A DNA stretch of 64,000 nucleotides, taken from NCBI GenBank assembly GCA_046563655.1, contig CM102285.1:10044001-10108000 (forward strand). Direction: 5' to 3'. The notes below the pieces were generated by a model. That model ran no database searches. It was not told where the DNA came from and saw nothing but the letters and a program-made list of their open reading frames with translations. Every line of letters starts with the position of its first letter. The stretch's first letter is position 1. A program made the position numbers and the translations under genes. This document shows positions 23,624-38,600 of the stretch, piece by piece. This stretch comes from Yuukianura sp. NJ FZ-2021. Lineage: Eukaryota.

Positions 23624-26600
23624 TTAGTCGAGTGGCTCGGCAAGCGGATGGTCACCGGAAGAAAAGTCCTCAACCGCCTGGAGAAGACCTTTCTTTTCAT
23701 CACTGACGCCATGCTGTTCAGCTTCATGGTAGAGTGGATTTGCAAAGTTGGTTCCCTGCAGCAGAACCTGCGAACCATAAATCAAAAAATGAGAAATAAA
23801 AAGAGAAAAAAGTTAGAGCTCTTAAAGAGGACGCTGGGACGGCAACAATGCTGTAATAAACCTTGTCCTTGATTTATAGCGCTTCTAGAAACTGCCCCGC
23901 TGATAAATAACTCTTAGACTGAACTTGTCACCTAACATTTCAGAATTTGCATCTATGCTTTCTTCTTAATGCTGCTGGTCTTATCAAAATAGAAGTATTG
24001 ATTCAAAAATGGGGATAAAGCGTCTCCAAGGAGGTCGGAAAAATATTAAACTTTAGCTTCGTGAAGAGAAGTGGCTCTTGGGAAATTTCCTACTTGGACA
24101 AGGTAATCAATTCTAAGACAGATCGCTTCAGTAACCACCACTTTCTTGGCAGGCAGCGACAGAGTTTCTTTCACTATTTCAAATAACATCAACTCCGCAG
24201 AGATTCCAATTTCAATTTGCAATTTGACTTTCCAAGTAATGAGAAATCGTTGTTCCAAAGTACTAGGTAGTTACGTACCTTGTCTGAATCGAAAGCGAGA
24301 CTTGGCTCAGATCCGTGAACTTCGTCACCTTCCTCTTTCAAAAACATTGGGTTGTGTATTTCAACCGTTCCATGATCCATGCGGACGTGCATAAAGGGCC
24401 TGCCCCTGAAAGATACAAAACAATATCAACGTTTACAATAATATTTTGAATGTGCAATAACTAATTAAAAACCTACTGTTTTCTTCTCATCACAAAATAA
24501 GCAGCGCAACCAGATAAACCTGCCACAGCGACAGCGACGACGATGAAGACTAGCACGAGAACCCATGTAATTCCGCCTTCCTCTGAATCGTCCGTTGCGT
24601 CCAGTTTCCTCATCGTCTGACACCTTGCTCCACTATACGCTTCAGGACAACTAAGAAGAGACAACAAATGTAGCGCCCTGTTGCGAACTCAATCATTCTT
24701 TACTATTTAGCTACTGATACTCACTCGCAAATGGGCTCCATGTTAGGCTCTGGATGCATAATACAAGTTCCGCCGTTGAAGCAGTATTTTAGACAACTGT
24801 TACGTGCTTGACAGCTACAACAAAACGTAATTATTAAATGACTTTTTGACAATTACTGGTCTTTACGAGCGAACTTACCGATTTCCAGTCCATTCTGGTA
24901 AGCAAGCACATGTTGGCTTTTTGCTTGTATTCGTCAAACTACAAATCCCGCCGTGCAAGCAATGATTGTTGCAAGCGTTCTTTTTGGGATCTTCCGGAAT
25001 TTCACAATTCACGCCTATCCAGGAACTCGTGCAACTGCAAACCGGTGCATTTTTTCGGATAAAGCAAGTTCCACCATTACGACATAAGTCCGCCGGACAA
25101 CTTGGGATTTCCAAACATTCTGGAACCAATAAACGCTATTTACAACTGTACACGTAATAGAAGAAACATAAAAATTCAAAACATACCTGGAGGGATTTGA
25201 CCAGGAGGGCAAGGTGTACAACTCCAATCGCTTGGACGACATTTCAGACAATCACATGGATTGATTTCGCATTTCGGACCTTGTAAACACAGCGAACAAC
25301 CATCATGATATGTTTTAAAAAACGCTAGCGTAAGGAATATTGTACCTTTAAATGGTGGAGGGCAACTGCAGACAATTTGCGACGGTTTCTTGAGGCATGT
25401 GCCTAAAACAGAAACGAATTTTGTACAACTTTCGATTCCAAAATCTAACAGACACAATGTTCTACCTCCATTCTTGCAGAAGTTTTGACACAGATCAAAT
25501 TCACAGTTATTTCCAGCATAACCTAAAGAAACAAGAAAAAAGGAAAACAAAATTAGTTCGTTCTGCTCTCCCAAAAGTTAATGTGGTGGTTTTTCAATAA
25601 TTTCTACAAACCAGGATTGCAATGACAGGAAGCTACATCACCCACAATCTTGCATTTTCCCTAGAGAATGAATTCAATATTAGGCTTAAACTGTTTTCTT
25701 AATTCCTCGATTAAAAATTTCAGGCTTACCCTATTGTTACAATCACATTTTGAGGATTGGCATGCTAATCCAGAATACCCGGGCATACAAGAGCAAATTG
25801 ACTTGCCACGCTTGTCCTTTATGCAAGTTCCGCCATTTAAGCATTCAAGAGTATCACACCGTTCGCAACGTGGCCCTGTGATGTTTTGGAAAAATTAGAA
25901 TTCTTGGCAATTTTGAAGGACTGAATGCTTTGACCTACCTGTAAAGCCCTTAGCACACTCGCATGTGTTTCTGCTCTCATTGCAAGTTCCATTGTTTTCG
26001 CATTTTCCACGACATGACACGTACGGAATTTCACATCTGCTTCCGGTGAAATTCGGAGAACAGTTGCATTTCAACGGAATTGCTGTACCGGGCTGAATAC
26101 TTGATATATCATTGGAATGGTAGCAGAGGCCCTTGTTGAAACAGTATCCCGAGCAGCGATATTTCTCGCAAAAAGTGCCTTCATATCTGGAAAAGTCATC
26201 AATAAAACTTTAACAAAGGCACAAAAGAAACTAACTGTAGCTTGCTTACAAGGGATTGCAGAGACAGGAAGGTCCATTTGGTCCAAGCACGCATGTTCCT
26301 TGCTTACAGTCCATTTCACATCCCTCTGCAGCCGTAACGTTACACTGAAACATATTTCGACCTTGGGACGTTGCTGGCTGTGCGTCTGGACAAATACAAC
26401 TGACAGATATGGAGGAATTGATCAAACAAATGCCGGGAGGCATACAGGTAATTCTGTTGCAAGGATTCTCATCTGTAAAACAAACAAAAAAGTAAAACAT
26501 TTGTAATTAACCACACAAATTCTTCATCGTTCTTACTGCGCTTCTGCTTCTTGCTTTGAATTATCAAAACATCAGCGGCATTCATCAGTCCTTGAGTAAT

Positions 26601-29600
26601 GTCAGTGTGGTTTCCCTTTCCGAATTTATTCATCTTCAAAATCCTGCTGCTGTGGTACGTCGTAATGTACAGCGTGTCCTCGAAAATATCCATGTGGTAA
26701 GGTTTGAATTCGACTGTTAAACAAAAAGTTACGGATTTCATTAATTCTGCTCAATTCAGAAAAAAGAAGAACTGGCTTAACCTCCAATGAAGCGGCGGAT
26801 GACACGTCGATCTTTTCCATGCAAGGTGGCAGTTTCGATAGAGTGAGACTTTATGTCTGACCAGTAGATTCTTTTCGGATTTGCAGCGTAGTCTATTGTT
26901 AAGCCCGCAGGGCAAGGAGACGTGACAAAAACCTTCCGATGTGTTCCATCCATCAGAGCAACCTTTTCCAGCAAAAAGTAGTACTATTACATTTCCCGTT
27001 TTTCATTTTTTTTCAAAAAACTGAGGAAAGCAAGCATACCTCAATCCTCCCTGCGAGATCTGACCAGAACATCCGCCTGTGAGTGAAAAAAGGTGATGAT
27101 GACAGAATATTTTTTGAGGGCGTTGCAGAAAAAGTGACATGTGGACTATTAATCAAATGAATGTTGCTGTTACCCGGATTCTGGTTCAACAACGATGTCA
27201 TGAGGTTCATTCATCCCCTTATTTATGAGCACAATTCGATTCTTTCCATCCAAAGAGCTGACAGAAATGGTGTCTTGGGCCTAGTATGTCAAACAAATAC
27301 TCTCAGGCGATGTACATTTCATCAATCAAAATAATGACCATACCGAATCGATAAAGTAGAGACGCTGAGTAATCCAACAAATTGCAATGCCACGAGGCTC
27401 CTCCAGGTCTGTGATCTAAGATATGAAACATTGTTCTTCAGTTTTCATTCTATTTTATTAGTGAAAGTGAACTCCTAATTAGATGCACGTTAATTTACTT
27501 ACAATGTTGCGGACATTTTCTGTGGCTCGCCTCCTTCGAAAAGGTTTGGACACACTCAGACTGTTGCTGCTTTTAGGTTGGTAGAGGCTCTGAATCGCTT
27601 TGACAGACAAACTTGACCAGAATATTTGAACTCCGGCGTCCTTATCCATTATGTAATCCAACGATGTAATTTTTGCCTTATTTGAATGATCAGGTGATGA
27701 AAAAATGTGCGACGTTTCATTGTCGTACGGCTTAAATGGATTTGTCCGTTTCAAGTCATTCTCGCTAGCTACCAGCATATAAGGTGGTTCATCTGAGAAA
27801 AAAATCCAAAATTGCATTGTTACTGTTCGTTTTAGTAATTCAAAAGCTATCATTTAAGGAAAACTTACCAAGTGCTTTACAATACGAGCCGCTTCCTGAA
27901 AGGATCATTCGGTATCCTGGTGCGCATTCGCAAGAATAATTCTGCCTCGAGTTTAGGGTATGAACAGGTTTCCTTATGCATAACTGAGAGCATGTTGCGA
28001 ATGGGCATTGCGCACAATCCTTTTCATCGGAGTTATCCTGTGTATCAGTAAACATATAAATTGGATCAGATTGGGAATCTTTAAGGTCAAATCTTTCTAA
28101 ATTCAATGTCTTACACCGCAGTCATCTTCTCCGTCCTAGAAATACACAAGAAACAAGCTGAATCTTTGGTTTCTTAGTTTTTGGCCATTTCAATTCGACT
28201 ATAAGCTTACACAAGTTAGCGACGAGTTGATGCACAGTTTGTTATTACATAAAAATTGTCCAGGAGCTTGACAACTGTACTTCCCAGCACACATGGGTCC
28301 GAATTCGTCATTTCCGTCTAACAAAACCAGAATTAGAATTGAATACCAAAATTATAATTAGAATGATCATTTACCAGCACAATCCACAACACGGTTGCAA
28401 ACTTTAGTGTAGCTGATACAAGTGCCGTTAGAACAGCGAAACCTTCCAGGTTCGCATGGCCGACGAGCGCAAAGTTCCGGAAGTTCATCCGATGAATCAG
28501 AACAATCATCTTCATTGTCGCAAATAAAAGCCTTCGAGATGCACCGCTCGGTACCTGACTTGCACATAAATTGATCCGGCAGACATGTTAGTTGTGGACA
28601 ATCTTGTTCATCGCTGGAGTCAGCACAATCCTACAAATATCGCAGTACTCAAACTCAGCTAAGCACTTTCGCACAAGGTTTAATAAAAAATACTTACGTT
28701 CTCCCTGTCGCATTTGAAAGCGCTAAAAATGTCAAGTACAGTGTTAATTCAATCGGGAACTTATGTGCGCTAAAAGAGTAATTATAATACGTTTACTCAC
28801 AGTGAAATACAAAATCTTGGATTCGTGCAAGTAAATTCATCAGCACTGCAAGTTAGATTGCAATTTTCCTCATCACTCCTGTCCAGCCCTCCGCAATTGA
28901 ATTCTCCATTGCCTGAGATTCCAACACGTAGTAATAAAAATCACGTTAAAGCATACGAAATACTAAAAGTTTGGCAAGACTTACATCGATACGAGCCACG
29001 GATACATCTGCCATCCTTGCACCGGAATTCAGATTCACTGCAGTTCCTTGGCACACAACCTTGTTCATCGCTTCCGTCTCTACAATCTTCATCGAAATCT
29101 GGAATTTGCAACGACAGTTTTAATATCTACTGCCTATCTTCGTCTTACAAATGAGTCGTAGAACCACTAACCGCATCTCCATCTTCCTGGAATACACTTG
29201 TTATCCGCACATTTAAAGTATGTTGGGTCACATGTAGCAGATTCAGTGCCCTCGCATTTGCTCTCATCCTCGCCTTGTTTACAGTCCTGCCATTTTAGAA
29301 GACAGAAAAAAATCTTAATTTTTGACGAACTCGTAATCGATTAAATCCAGCATACCATTTCGCCGTCACAAATCCACTGAAACAAGTTAGAACATAAATA
29401 GATCAGTAAATCGTCTTATCAAAACTTCTTCACGATTCAAACATCCACTTTAAAATGTTGAATAGGTGCTTACCGCTGTTGGAATGCACTTCCCCGTAGA
29501 ACACCTAAATTGATTCTCCGGGCAAGTACGCATGGAGCAGTTCTGCATCTCGTCCTAAATTCAGTCCAACAATATAGTCAGCGCAAATACACTTGAAGAA

Positions 29601-32600
29601 ATCTTCCCCATAAGATTTAAAATCCTTAAATCCTTTACCTCAGAATTAGGGCAGTCCCCTACTTCATCACAAACCTAATAAAATTTGAAGCAATTTAGTC
29701 ATCCTCTTATGTTGTGCCCTCCGCAAAAATGTGAACAATAAAATGTGTCTAACAAACCCATTCAGCGGAGATGCATCGCGAATTATTGCATGTGAACTAC
29801 AGGTTAGAAAAATTAAATCAAATCCTCTCCTCACGAAATTGTAAATATCCATTTGGTTTAGTATGTACCTGATTGGGAGCACATGATTGGGGTAGACAAT
29901 TGTCTTCATCTTCGCCCTTTGGACAATCATATTTTTGATCACACACCTTGTAACTTGGAATACAAAACGCATGCTGTGTCCCATTTCCGCTGCACTTGAA
30001 TTGAGTACTGAAGCAGGTATGCTAAAATTAAGACAACAAAATATTAACAAAGCACTACCAAGTTCAAATTAGTAACTAACAGGATATAGCCTTACAGCGT
30101 CACAGCCTTGCTCTTCCGTTCCACCCGGGCAATCGGATCTGAAAATGAACAGTTAGAGAATACGATTTCATGGCCGAATAATTGTCTTAAAATCTCACCT
30201 CCCGTCGCAGATCTGAGCGGGATGCAGACACGTCAGTCCATCAGCACATTGATATTGCCCAGGAGTACATTTGAACTCGGGACAATCCTCTCCCTCGTCA
30301 GACCCGTCTCCACAGTCATCCTGTGTAAGAAAATGTATATCAGAAATTACCTCGTCCAGCAAGTCGAATGAGAATGTCATAAAAGCTCATACCTGCTTGT
30401 CACATCTCCACCAGAGTGGAAGACAACGTTTTGTTTTTTCGCAAACAAACTGGGACGACGTACAGTTCGGTTCACAGTCCATTCCATCGGCCGACAAAAC
30501 AAAGTTTTCCGGGCAAGCACATACTCTACCACCACCCGGCTGAAGCAAGCATAACGTTGGACAGCCACCATTGTTGTCACATGGATTTGGAGAAACTGAA
30601 AAGAAAACAAAACAACTCAGGAAACATATAGGTCCCTAAATACTAAATACTTGGTAAATAGTTACTAACGAGGAGGCTGCCTTTGGGGATGAAAAACTTT
30701 GACGTCCATTGGGCGATGAATCGTTTTTGTTACAGTGGAATGGTTCGTTCCATGATATTTGTGGACGCGTTCGATGCTCTAACACAAGTATAATAACAAC
30801 AATTACACTCAACTAGCTGCGATCTTCCTGTGAACCGCTAGTTACACAAACCTTCAACTCCCAATCGCTGTAGTACAGCATATCCTCAAAAATTGACATT
30901 GAGAAGATGTGGTGAACCTTTGCGGATGGATTGTTCCCTGCTTTTCAAATTACAAAACGAAACAAATCAAAATATTTAAAAAATACAGCAAAATAAGAGC
31001 GGCTAACCTCTGCTGTAAACAATTCTACGATTTTTCCCATCCAGATCCGACACTGCAATGTAATCTTCCCTCGCATCAGCCCACCACAATTCTTTCGTTT
31101 CGTAGGACAAAGTTAACGCATTTGGCCATCCCAGGTTTTGCGAAATTAGAACCGTGAAATTTGAACCGTCCATTCCTACTCGTCCAATATGTGGCATTTC
31201 TCCCCAATCCGAATAAAAACAATACCTTGAAAGGAAAAAAGAATGTGCTTGACAGTTATAATTGAAATTCGATTCCAGAACAGATAATCAACGAAACAAT
31301 ACTTACGCGCTGAATGGGTCCAGTGCGATTGCACGAGGTTCTTGCAGACCTTCGCTGACTAAAATTTTCCTAAAAGATCCATCCAACCTCGAAACTTCAA
31401 TGGTATCAGTTCCCTTGTCGCAAAAATACAAATTCCCAGCAACCCAGTCAACTGCCAATCCGTCTGGACTTTGTAACGTGATGTGATGCAAAGTCTGAAA
31501 GAATACGCAACATTGGTTTTCAAAAACAAAAAGTACTTCTTTCAATAATTTTAGATTTCGCTAAAATGGCAGTAGTAAACTTAAGTTCTATGCATTAACT
31601 AACGATTAACAGCAAATTAACGATGTGAACAGGTTCTCACCTCAGGTCCCGTAGTTTGGTTGCTGAAAATATTGCAAATGCGTTTGATGCTGCTTCCAAA
31701 GGTCGTCACGTCACTGTAGTACAAGCAGCCGTTTGCGAAATCGTAATCAAGGGCAACGGCATTCGTCAGGTTGCTGGCCACGATCGTTTCTTGGTTATTG
31801 AAATCCACCATTCGAACATAGTATTGATTTGAGAACAAGACTTTTACCGGGTCGCCTGGAATTTAGAATAACTTTTAGCAAAGCGATGAATAATTTGTAG
31901 TATAGCAGGAAAACTATAAGAAGTGTTAAATTACTTGACATGGACTTGCAACTTCGGTGATCTTCTCTCAACAGATAGCCATTGTTGCAAGTGCAGGTGA
32001 AGGAACCAAAAGTATTCAAGCAGTTCTGAGAGCATGGACGTTCCAAGCATTCATCCACATCCACGCATAGTTGGATACTTACTGGATCCGGTTTGAAACC
32101 AGGAAGACACTCACATGTGTAGCCTATTTTCTTGTCAACACAACGATGTTGACATGTCGCCTCTTGCTCGCACTCGTTCACATTGCACTAAAACCAACGA
32201 AAAGAGAAAGCACTAAAGAAAGTAAACAGTAAAGTTCATAAGAGAAAACACTAAAGAATACTTACCGATACTTCATCCGAGAAATCTCCGCAATTATCTT
32301 CTCCGTTGCAAGCTAGAGATTCGTTTATACAGATGTTATTTTTGCACAGAAAATCTTCAGCATTTCGGCAATAGTTTTCGTCGCCTAAAAACGGAAGTTA
32401 AAATGAAAGTATTTTGAGTATTCGAGTATGCACAGTAGTTTAGTTAATTTAACTTACGGCAATTTTTCTCGTCAGAGCCATCAAGACAATCATTGATTTT
32501 GTTACAAAGAGCAGTCTTTGGAACACAGCGACCATTTCCACACACAAATGAGCTGTTGTCACACTTGTTGTAGTGGCAAGATTCCGGCTCATCTTCTCCA

Positions 32601-35600
32601 TTTCCACAATCGTCATCTCGATCACAGAAATACTCATTCAGAATACAGAGCCCATTTGTACATTGAAATTGAGACGATGGACAATTGGGGACGTCTGGAA
32701 TTCTGGTAATGTTCGAACAGTGTTCTGGATCCTCGTCTTCACCTCCTTGGCATTCTGCATCTCCGTCACAAACCCATTGGACGGGAAGACAGATTTTGGA
32801 GCTGGGACATTGAAATTGAATATGAGGATCACAGGTACGATTTTCACAGTTTGTCTCATCGGAATTGTCTAGACAATCGGGACTGCCATCACAGAAGAAA
32901 AGCTCATTGATACATTCCTTGGAACTGTTGCATTTGAATTGGCCAGGACGGCAGTTGAAAACGCAATCTTCCTCTAAAAATATTTTGAAAATACGGTCAC
33001 ATTATTTCTGATTTTAAAACTGTTTTACGTAAAGGCCACGAAAAACACACGACTTACCGTCTGAGCCATCTCCACAGTCTTTATCGTGATCACATTTCCA
33101 TGTAGAAAGATAGCATCCGTTCGAATCTTTGCATCGAATAGCGTTTGGAGGACAGTCCACCTTCTTATCCCCGTTGGGATCGATGGTATGAATGACTGTG
33201 CAATTTCTCTCGTCACTGCCATCCTGCAAAATTGATTCACCGTAACATTGAAATCTTGAAAAACACGCAACTATGGAAATAAAATATTCTTACATGGCAA
33301 TCGTCGTGTCCGTCACACAGAAAGAAAGCTTTAGAAATGCAACGTCCATCGCCGCATCGAAATTGAGTATCTGTGCAGTTACAGTTCCGTTCATCGTCCA
33401 AGTTACCGCAGTCATTAACGCCGTTACAAACGTCTGAATTGTAAATGCATCGTCTCGAGGGGCATGTGAAGAAGCCCTCACGGCAGGATCGAGTAATACA
33501 GTAATTTTCATCTTCATCACTTCCATCCGGACAATTCGTTACCCCGTTGCACGAGAGAACGTATGGAATCACAGCTCCAGTGCCGCAAATGAACTGTAGC
33601 TGTGGTTTGTAAACGAATCCTTTGGGCTTAACGACACAACGGCCCTCGTCGATCAGCGTTCTATTCTCGTAGCAACTGCACATGATGCTTCCATTGGAGT
33701 ACAAGCTACACAGCTCCGAACATCCACCATTTTCAATTTGGCAAGGATTTGTTATACCTAAAAAAAACATTCAGGTCTCAAAGTACAACCACATCTGAAT
33801 TCCAATATTTTTTTTTACAATAGCCTTAGATTCTGCTTACATTTGAAAGTCTGATTACTGACAGCGACAATTCCCATTGGTTTCGGAATATCCTTTCGCA
33901 GGACGACAACATCATCACCGTTGAATTTATTTGCTCGCAAGATCGACAAGAGAACCCAGTCACTCCAGTACAAATACGCTGAAAATCAGAAATTACATTC
34001 TAAAGAATTATGTCGAATCTTCTACTTAACAGGAAAAATAACTTTAGAAAACTAGTAAACATAGAAGTTGTAAAAGAATTAAAAGATGCAATACAAACTC
34101 AAACTCACCTCCATGAACAGCAATAGCAAAAGCATGTTTAGGTTTGTCTCTTCCGATGACTCTTCGATTGGTTCCATCATAATTGGCCCGTTCGATCTTA
34201 TCCTGATATTCAATGTTCAATACTTTGTACAGATTCTAAAGAATCCTCTCCAAAAACAATTAAAACTAAGTTATTCTTACCAAGCGAGCGTCAATGAAAT
34301 AGAGATGAGCATTCGGATGATCCAATGCTAAACCGTTCGGCATTCGGATGTCTGTTGTAATAATTGACTCCATTTTTGCTCCACTCATGTAACTGCGCTG
34401 AATGGAAGGCATATTCGCATCTACAAGGAAAAATCTCGTGAGTTAATTCTGAACTGACCATTTCCAATAATGTTTTTACTTACCCCAATTTGTCCAGAAA
34501 ATCAGACTTTGACACGGATCGCAAGCAATGCCGCGTGGTCTGTCATTGGTTCCTAACTTGAGAACTTTTTCAACGCGTGGTCTTACTCCATTGATGCGAC
34601 TGTAAGGATTGAGCCGATTGATTGAAGCGTCATTGGAGCAAGTCCAGTAAAGATCCTGGTGTGTAGCTTCAAAGTAAAGTCCTTCCACCGAACCCTGTTT
34701 CTCGGCAACCACCTGAAACATTAACATACATAACATTAAATATGCGCAGATCTTCAACATTAGTGTAGGATTTACTTTACTTACAGTAAAGTTTGTTCCA
34801 TTGAAGAAGACGCTGTTGATTGTTCCGAGTTGCACATCCGAGTAGAAGAGTCTTTGTTCATTGATGTCAAACGCCAGTCCAATTGCATTTCGAATATATT
34901 CGGCGGACTGAATCGGTGGGTACGGAGAATTCGGTGTGATTTCCGCTTGGACATGAATTGTATCAATACTTTGAACACGCGAGTAAGCGATGAAGGCGTC
35001 GTAATTCTCGCAAGATTTTCCATCGCTTCCGATCTTCCCATGAGCGCAAATACAAACCGGATGTGTTCCATTAAAAAGACAAAGGTCAGCACACCCTCCA
35101 TTGTTGACTCCACAGGGATTTGTACCCAGTTGCTTCCCTTTGCTAAACATTGATAAATCTTTGATCGTGACTCCTAGATTCTTTCGAATAGCTCGAATGG
35201 GCGAAAACGATCCCAGCGGAGCCGCCATTACACTTCCACTGTTCTGTCCCATATCGATCCAAAACAGAGTTCCATTTCCAATAATAGGTGAGTGAATATG
35301 AGATTCTTGCAGTCCAGCATAAACTATTCTTCTATCTCCTCCATCATATGAAGAGGATTCAATCTTGTCCGCAATTGAATCTGACCAATAAATTTTGGAG
35401 TTCTGAATATCCAGTGTAATGTCCGTGGCACGCAGTCCTTCCGAATCCACGATGACTTTCCTATTTGTTCCATCAAGTTGAGATCTCTCGATTTGACCTT
35501 TCGCAATGTCACTCCAAAAAAGATATCCCTTAGTTGGGTCAACAGCTAACGACATTGGCTTGTCCAGGCCCGTTGTAATGAGAACGTAACGACTAGATCC

Positions 35601-38600
35601 GTTGACATGAGCAATTTCGATCATTGGGTCCTTTGGATTTGCCCAATACATGTTCCTGTGCATTAAAAATTCAAAAATCAATTATGAAACAGAATACTCA
35701 GGACGTAAATGCGACGTAACCTAAAAATAATGTTATACCCGGCTGTCCAGTCAATGGCGAGACCAAGCACAGCATCCAAGCTCGATAAAACAACCTCCCG
35801 GCCAGTTCCATCCCGTCGAATTCTTGAGATCCGTCCTTTGTCATTATCCAGCCAATACAAGTAAGAGTTTTCTAAAAAAAAAAAAAAATCTCAAATGATT
35901 TTGCAATTTTCCTGAAAAATCTTTTTTCTTTAAATCTCTACGTCATAAGTCTTACTCTCATCAACATCAATGTCCGTTGCAAAACTGACTAGCGGTATAG
36001 GAATAAGCAAATCTTCTTGGCTCTCCGCCTCCGGAACAACTCCGCGAATTCCAGATGAATCCGCATAGAGTAAAACTGTCTCCAGACTGACGCAACGCGT
36101 AGCATTGGCTGGATCCGTTTGAAATCCGAGGGCGCATTTACAAACCTTCTTCGACGCAGATATTGGTAGACAAAGATGCTCACATCCACCCTTGTTCAAA
36201 GAACATGGATTGGTCCCCTTTTGTTCGTCCGGATCATAAATTTGGATTGAGTAGACATTTTCAGTATCGTTCCTCACAATAATGAAATTTCCTCCGGTGG
36301 ATTTGTCTCCTTTCATAATAGCATCACGTTTTTCCGAAGCAAAGTAGATGAATGACTCGTAAATGGATATAACGTTTGGCTTAACTTCAGTAAACGTCAG
36401 TGTCTTCACTTGTCGACTGCTGAACTCATAGTACTGGATCTCTCGGTTCTCGTTGTAATTCAGCCAGTAAACACGATCGCTTCTGTAGTCGTAGGTGATG
36501 CTGATGGGTTTCTCGAGTAATGGGTTATCCCTGTTATTACAAAGAACAGATCGCTTTTGCCCGTCCATTTGAGCTGTCTGGATCGTGTAGAGTCCCTTGC
36601 TGGATCCATCCGGAAAATAAATTTGCCCTTTGTAAGGATTCACTGCAATTGAGTTGACGCCTTTCAGATCACTTTTTCCATTGATAATTGTTGTAAAATA
36701 CTGTCCATCCAAATCTGTCACAGAAATTGAGGTACGAACTGGACTTTGTAGAGCTACAAAGATTAAGTTTGACATCCAATCCACGCTCATTGCTAGCGGT
36801 TTTCCAGATGCCGCATCAATTAAGGTCTTGATTGATGGGTTGCTGATGTTAGCTCGCTTGGTTTCTCCAGATTGAGCGTCCAGGAAAAATATTTGCTTCT
36901 TCTTGGCTACGTAATGAAGATTCGCAGGGTTCACAATTAAGTTTAAGCTCAAGGGTGGAGCGCTGTAGTAGTACGGTTTGTTGAGATAAACAGCACGGAT
37001 TTCATTGAGTCGAGAGAAAAGCAGCATCTTCTCGTAAACTATGCATTTGAAGCCATCGTCATCGAGCGTCATAAGGTGAGGACATCCGCATTTGGAAGTG
37101 GCATTGAAGCTGAGGAGACAGATATGAGAACAGTTTCCGTTGTTAGCTTGACATGGATTGGGAATTCCAGTCCTTGGTTGTCGGCTGGGGTGAATCACTT
37201 TGACGTCAAATGGTTGAGTATACGTTCGATGAATTGTCGTAACATTGGAACCGTTGAATTTGTTAGCTTTGATTATGGAATTGGATCGCCAGTCTGAATA
37301 ATAGATGCTCGATTCAAACATTGTGATAGCGAAAGGGTGTGAAAGAGCTTCGTGCTCGTGTAGAACCGTCTGAAAATCGGATCCATCGTACTTTATCGAA
37401 TGTATTGAGTCCAATCTACAAATTCAAATTAAATGTAATTCAAATTAAGAACAGCGCAAGATACAAGTTGACAAAAAGTTTTCGGCACATGTAAGTGGAA
37501 GAACTCGGATGTTAGCAGTGACTAATGTTAGACAACCAATACTGTAATTACCTGGCGTCGCAGTAGAACACACGCTTATTGATTAAATCCAACGTTAATC
37601 CGTTTGGCCATGACATGTCGCCAACACGAATCACAATTTTTCTGCCATCTCCACTCATGCTAGCGCTCTCAATTCTAGGAGCGTCAGAGTCCCAATCCGT
37701 CCAGAAAAGCATGCTGTATCAATGACAGAAATTGATTTAATCGCACTTTAAGAATTAAAAAATAGGAAGTGCATAAAAGTTTGTCTCACCCTTGACTTGG
37801 ATCTAAGGCAATTGAGCGCGGCGAAACCATTTGTCCAGAAACTAACGTCTTCCGGAAACTTCCATTTAGCTTGGCAACTTCAATCTGGTCCAAGTTGCTT
37901 TCAACCCAATAAAGATTTTCTCCGATCCAATCAACAGCTAGTCCCTCTGCAGTGGCCAGCCCGGTTTGGATAACTACCTCAATGTTGATCAAAGCTATCG
38001 AAGCAAAAATTCATATTGAATACAATCTCTTCAATTAACGAAACTAGTAAAGGAATTATAGTTCGTCAACTTACATCCAGTGACAAGGTTGCCTCTGTAA
38101 ATCCGGTCATCTACTACGTCTGTCCAAAAGACAACGCTAGAGTTCTTTTTCCTATCGTAGTAAAAATCTAGCGCAATTGAGTTACGCAGATTGGAGATCA
38201 ATGAGTTGAACTGAAGGTTCCTGAGATTAATTCCTCTGAGTTCGTGACGATTGCTGAACACGAGGTATGGAATTTCGGGATCCGAACTGACACAAGAGAA
38301 TCCATCATCCTTCAAGTCGTATCCTGGAAGACAGAGGCAGTGATGTCGTGACCCAATCCGTCGACAAATCTGGGAACATGTTCCCCACTGGTCGCAAGGA
38401 TGATCGTCAACACACAAAGATCTGTTGGCAGTTAGATGCTTCCCTTGAGGACAATAGCAAACATGGCCATCCGGAGTATTTTGACAACTGTCTGAGCACT
38501 GACTCTGGTTTGTTGAACATTGCTTCTCGTCTGCAAATCACATCAAAACATTCATTCATACATATTCTTTCAATTAATTTCTATGTGATTTTAATAAATA

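Noticed and set aside
36211..36222. TTGGTCCCCTT, matching the 5' end of miR-133
   Set aside because: It is the antisense of LRP1 coding sequence (KGTN) and the match stops after 11 nt.
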